A DNA stretch of 64,000 nucleotides from Octopus sinensis (lineage: Eukaryota): assembly GCF_006345805.1 (NCBI RefSeq), contig NC_043024.1, positions 9,796,001 through 9,860,000 of the forward strand, in the 5' to 3' direction. The notes under the pieces were generated by a model, which made no database searches, was not told the origin of the DNA, and worked only from the letters and a program-made list of their open reading frames with translations. Position 1 is the first letter of the stretch; each line of letters begins with the position of its first letter. This document shows positions 63,511 to 64,000 of the stretch, piece by piece. The translations under genes were made by a program, and so were the position numbers.

Positions 63511-63532
63511 AATAATAATAATAATAACAACA

Positions 63533-63893
63533 GCAAGAGCATTCAGAGAGTGCAAACCTCCGCCAAGGCAACACCAATATCCTCTCAACGATTAGAACGA
63601 GATGATTTTTAAAATGAAAATATCTGAAATTAACCCGACTGCTCTCACAAATGAGAATACTAAAAATGAACCTGAATGCTCTCAAAAATTAAGGGAAAAA
63701 AAAAAACAGGGAAAATAATCCAGAATCCTTCTCCGGTACCGCATCAATCCCAAAATCAGATCAGTTTGTGCCAGTCACGAGGCCAAACATCCGAATCCAT
63801 CCAGCGGTTCTTGAGATATCTTGTCCACAGACAAACAAATAGACAAACGCAATTGAAAACAATACTTCCGTCTTTTTTAAGGTGGAGGTCATA
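63533..63893 (+). mobile_element. Helentron/HINE-like non-autonomous element
   Basis: Subterminal acctccgcc / ggtggaggt inverted motifs, acagacaaac repeats near the 3' end. Confidence 0.45.
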
Positions 63894-64000
63894 ATGGTTT
63901 CAAATTTTGCCACAAAGGCAGCAATTGTGAGGGAGGTGGGGGATGAGTCGATTACATTGACTCCAGTGTTCAGCTTGGAAGTTTCTTTCTTTCTTTTGCT

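Overview
Eukaryotic, AT-rich, repeat-dense DNA. The SINE types and microsatellite load suggest an octopod cephalopod (inference). The only firmly supported gene is the 3' part of a + strand cortactin (CTTN) gene. It has 11 exons between 1428 and 27499, all with GT-AG boundaries and consistent phases. They encode at least 7.5 cortactin/HS1 repeats, the helical region, an acidic region with Tyr motifs and the C-terminal SH3 domain; the 5' end lies upstream of the window. The repeat region has expanded in two ways: duplication of a 111-nt single-repeat exon (1428 vs 11900), and an intron-free exon carrying 36-aa variant repeats. The rest of the window is tRNA-derived SINEs, MITEs (hAT, piggyBac, Tc1/mariner, Tigger), two non-autonomous Helitrons, RTE and Tx1-like LINE fragments, minisatellites and long microsatellites. 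The most unusual signal is a set of short, often inverted, Penelope-like repeats that fold as minimal type I hammerhead ribozymes. One family consistently has CCGAYGA instead of the canonical CUGANGA core. Weak splice-signal evidence points to two further unidentified genes (about 30.1 kb on -, about 42-50 kb on +). All coordinates and alignments were read by eye; no searches were run.
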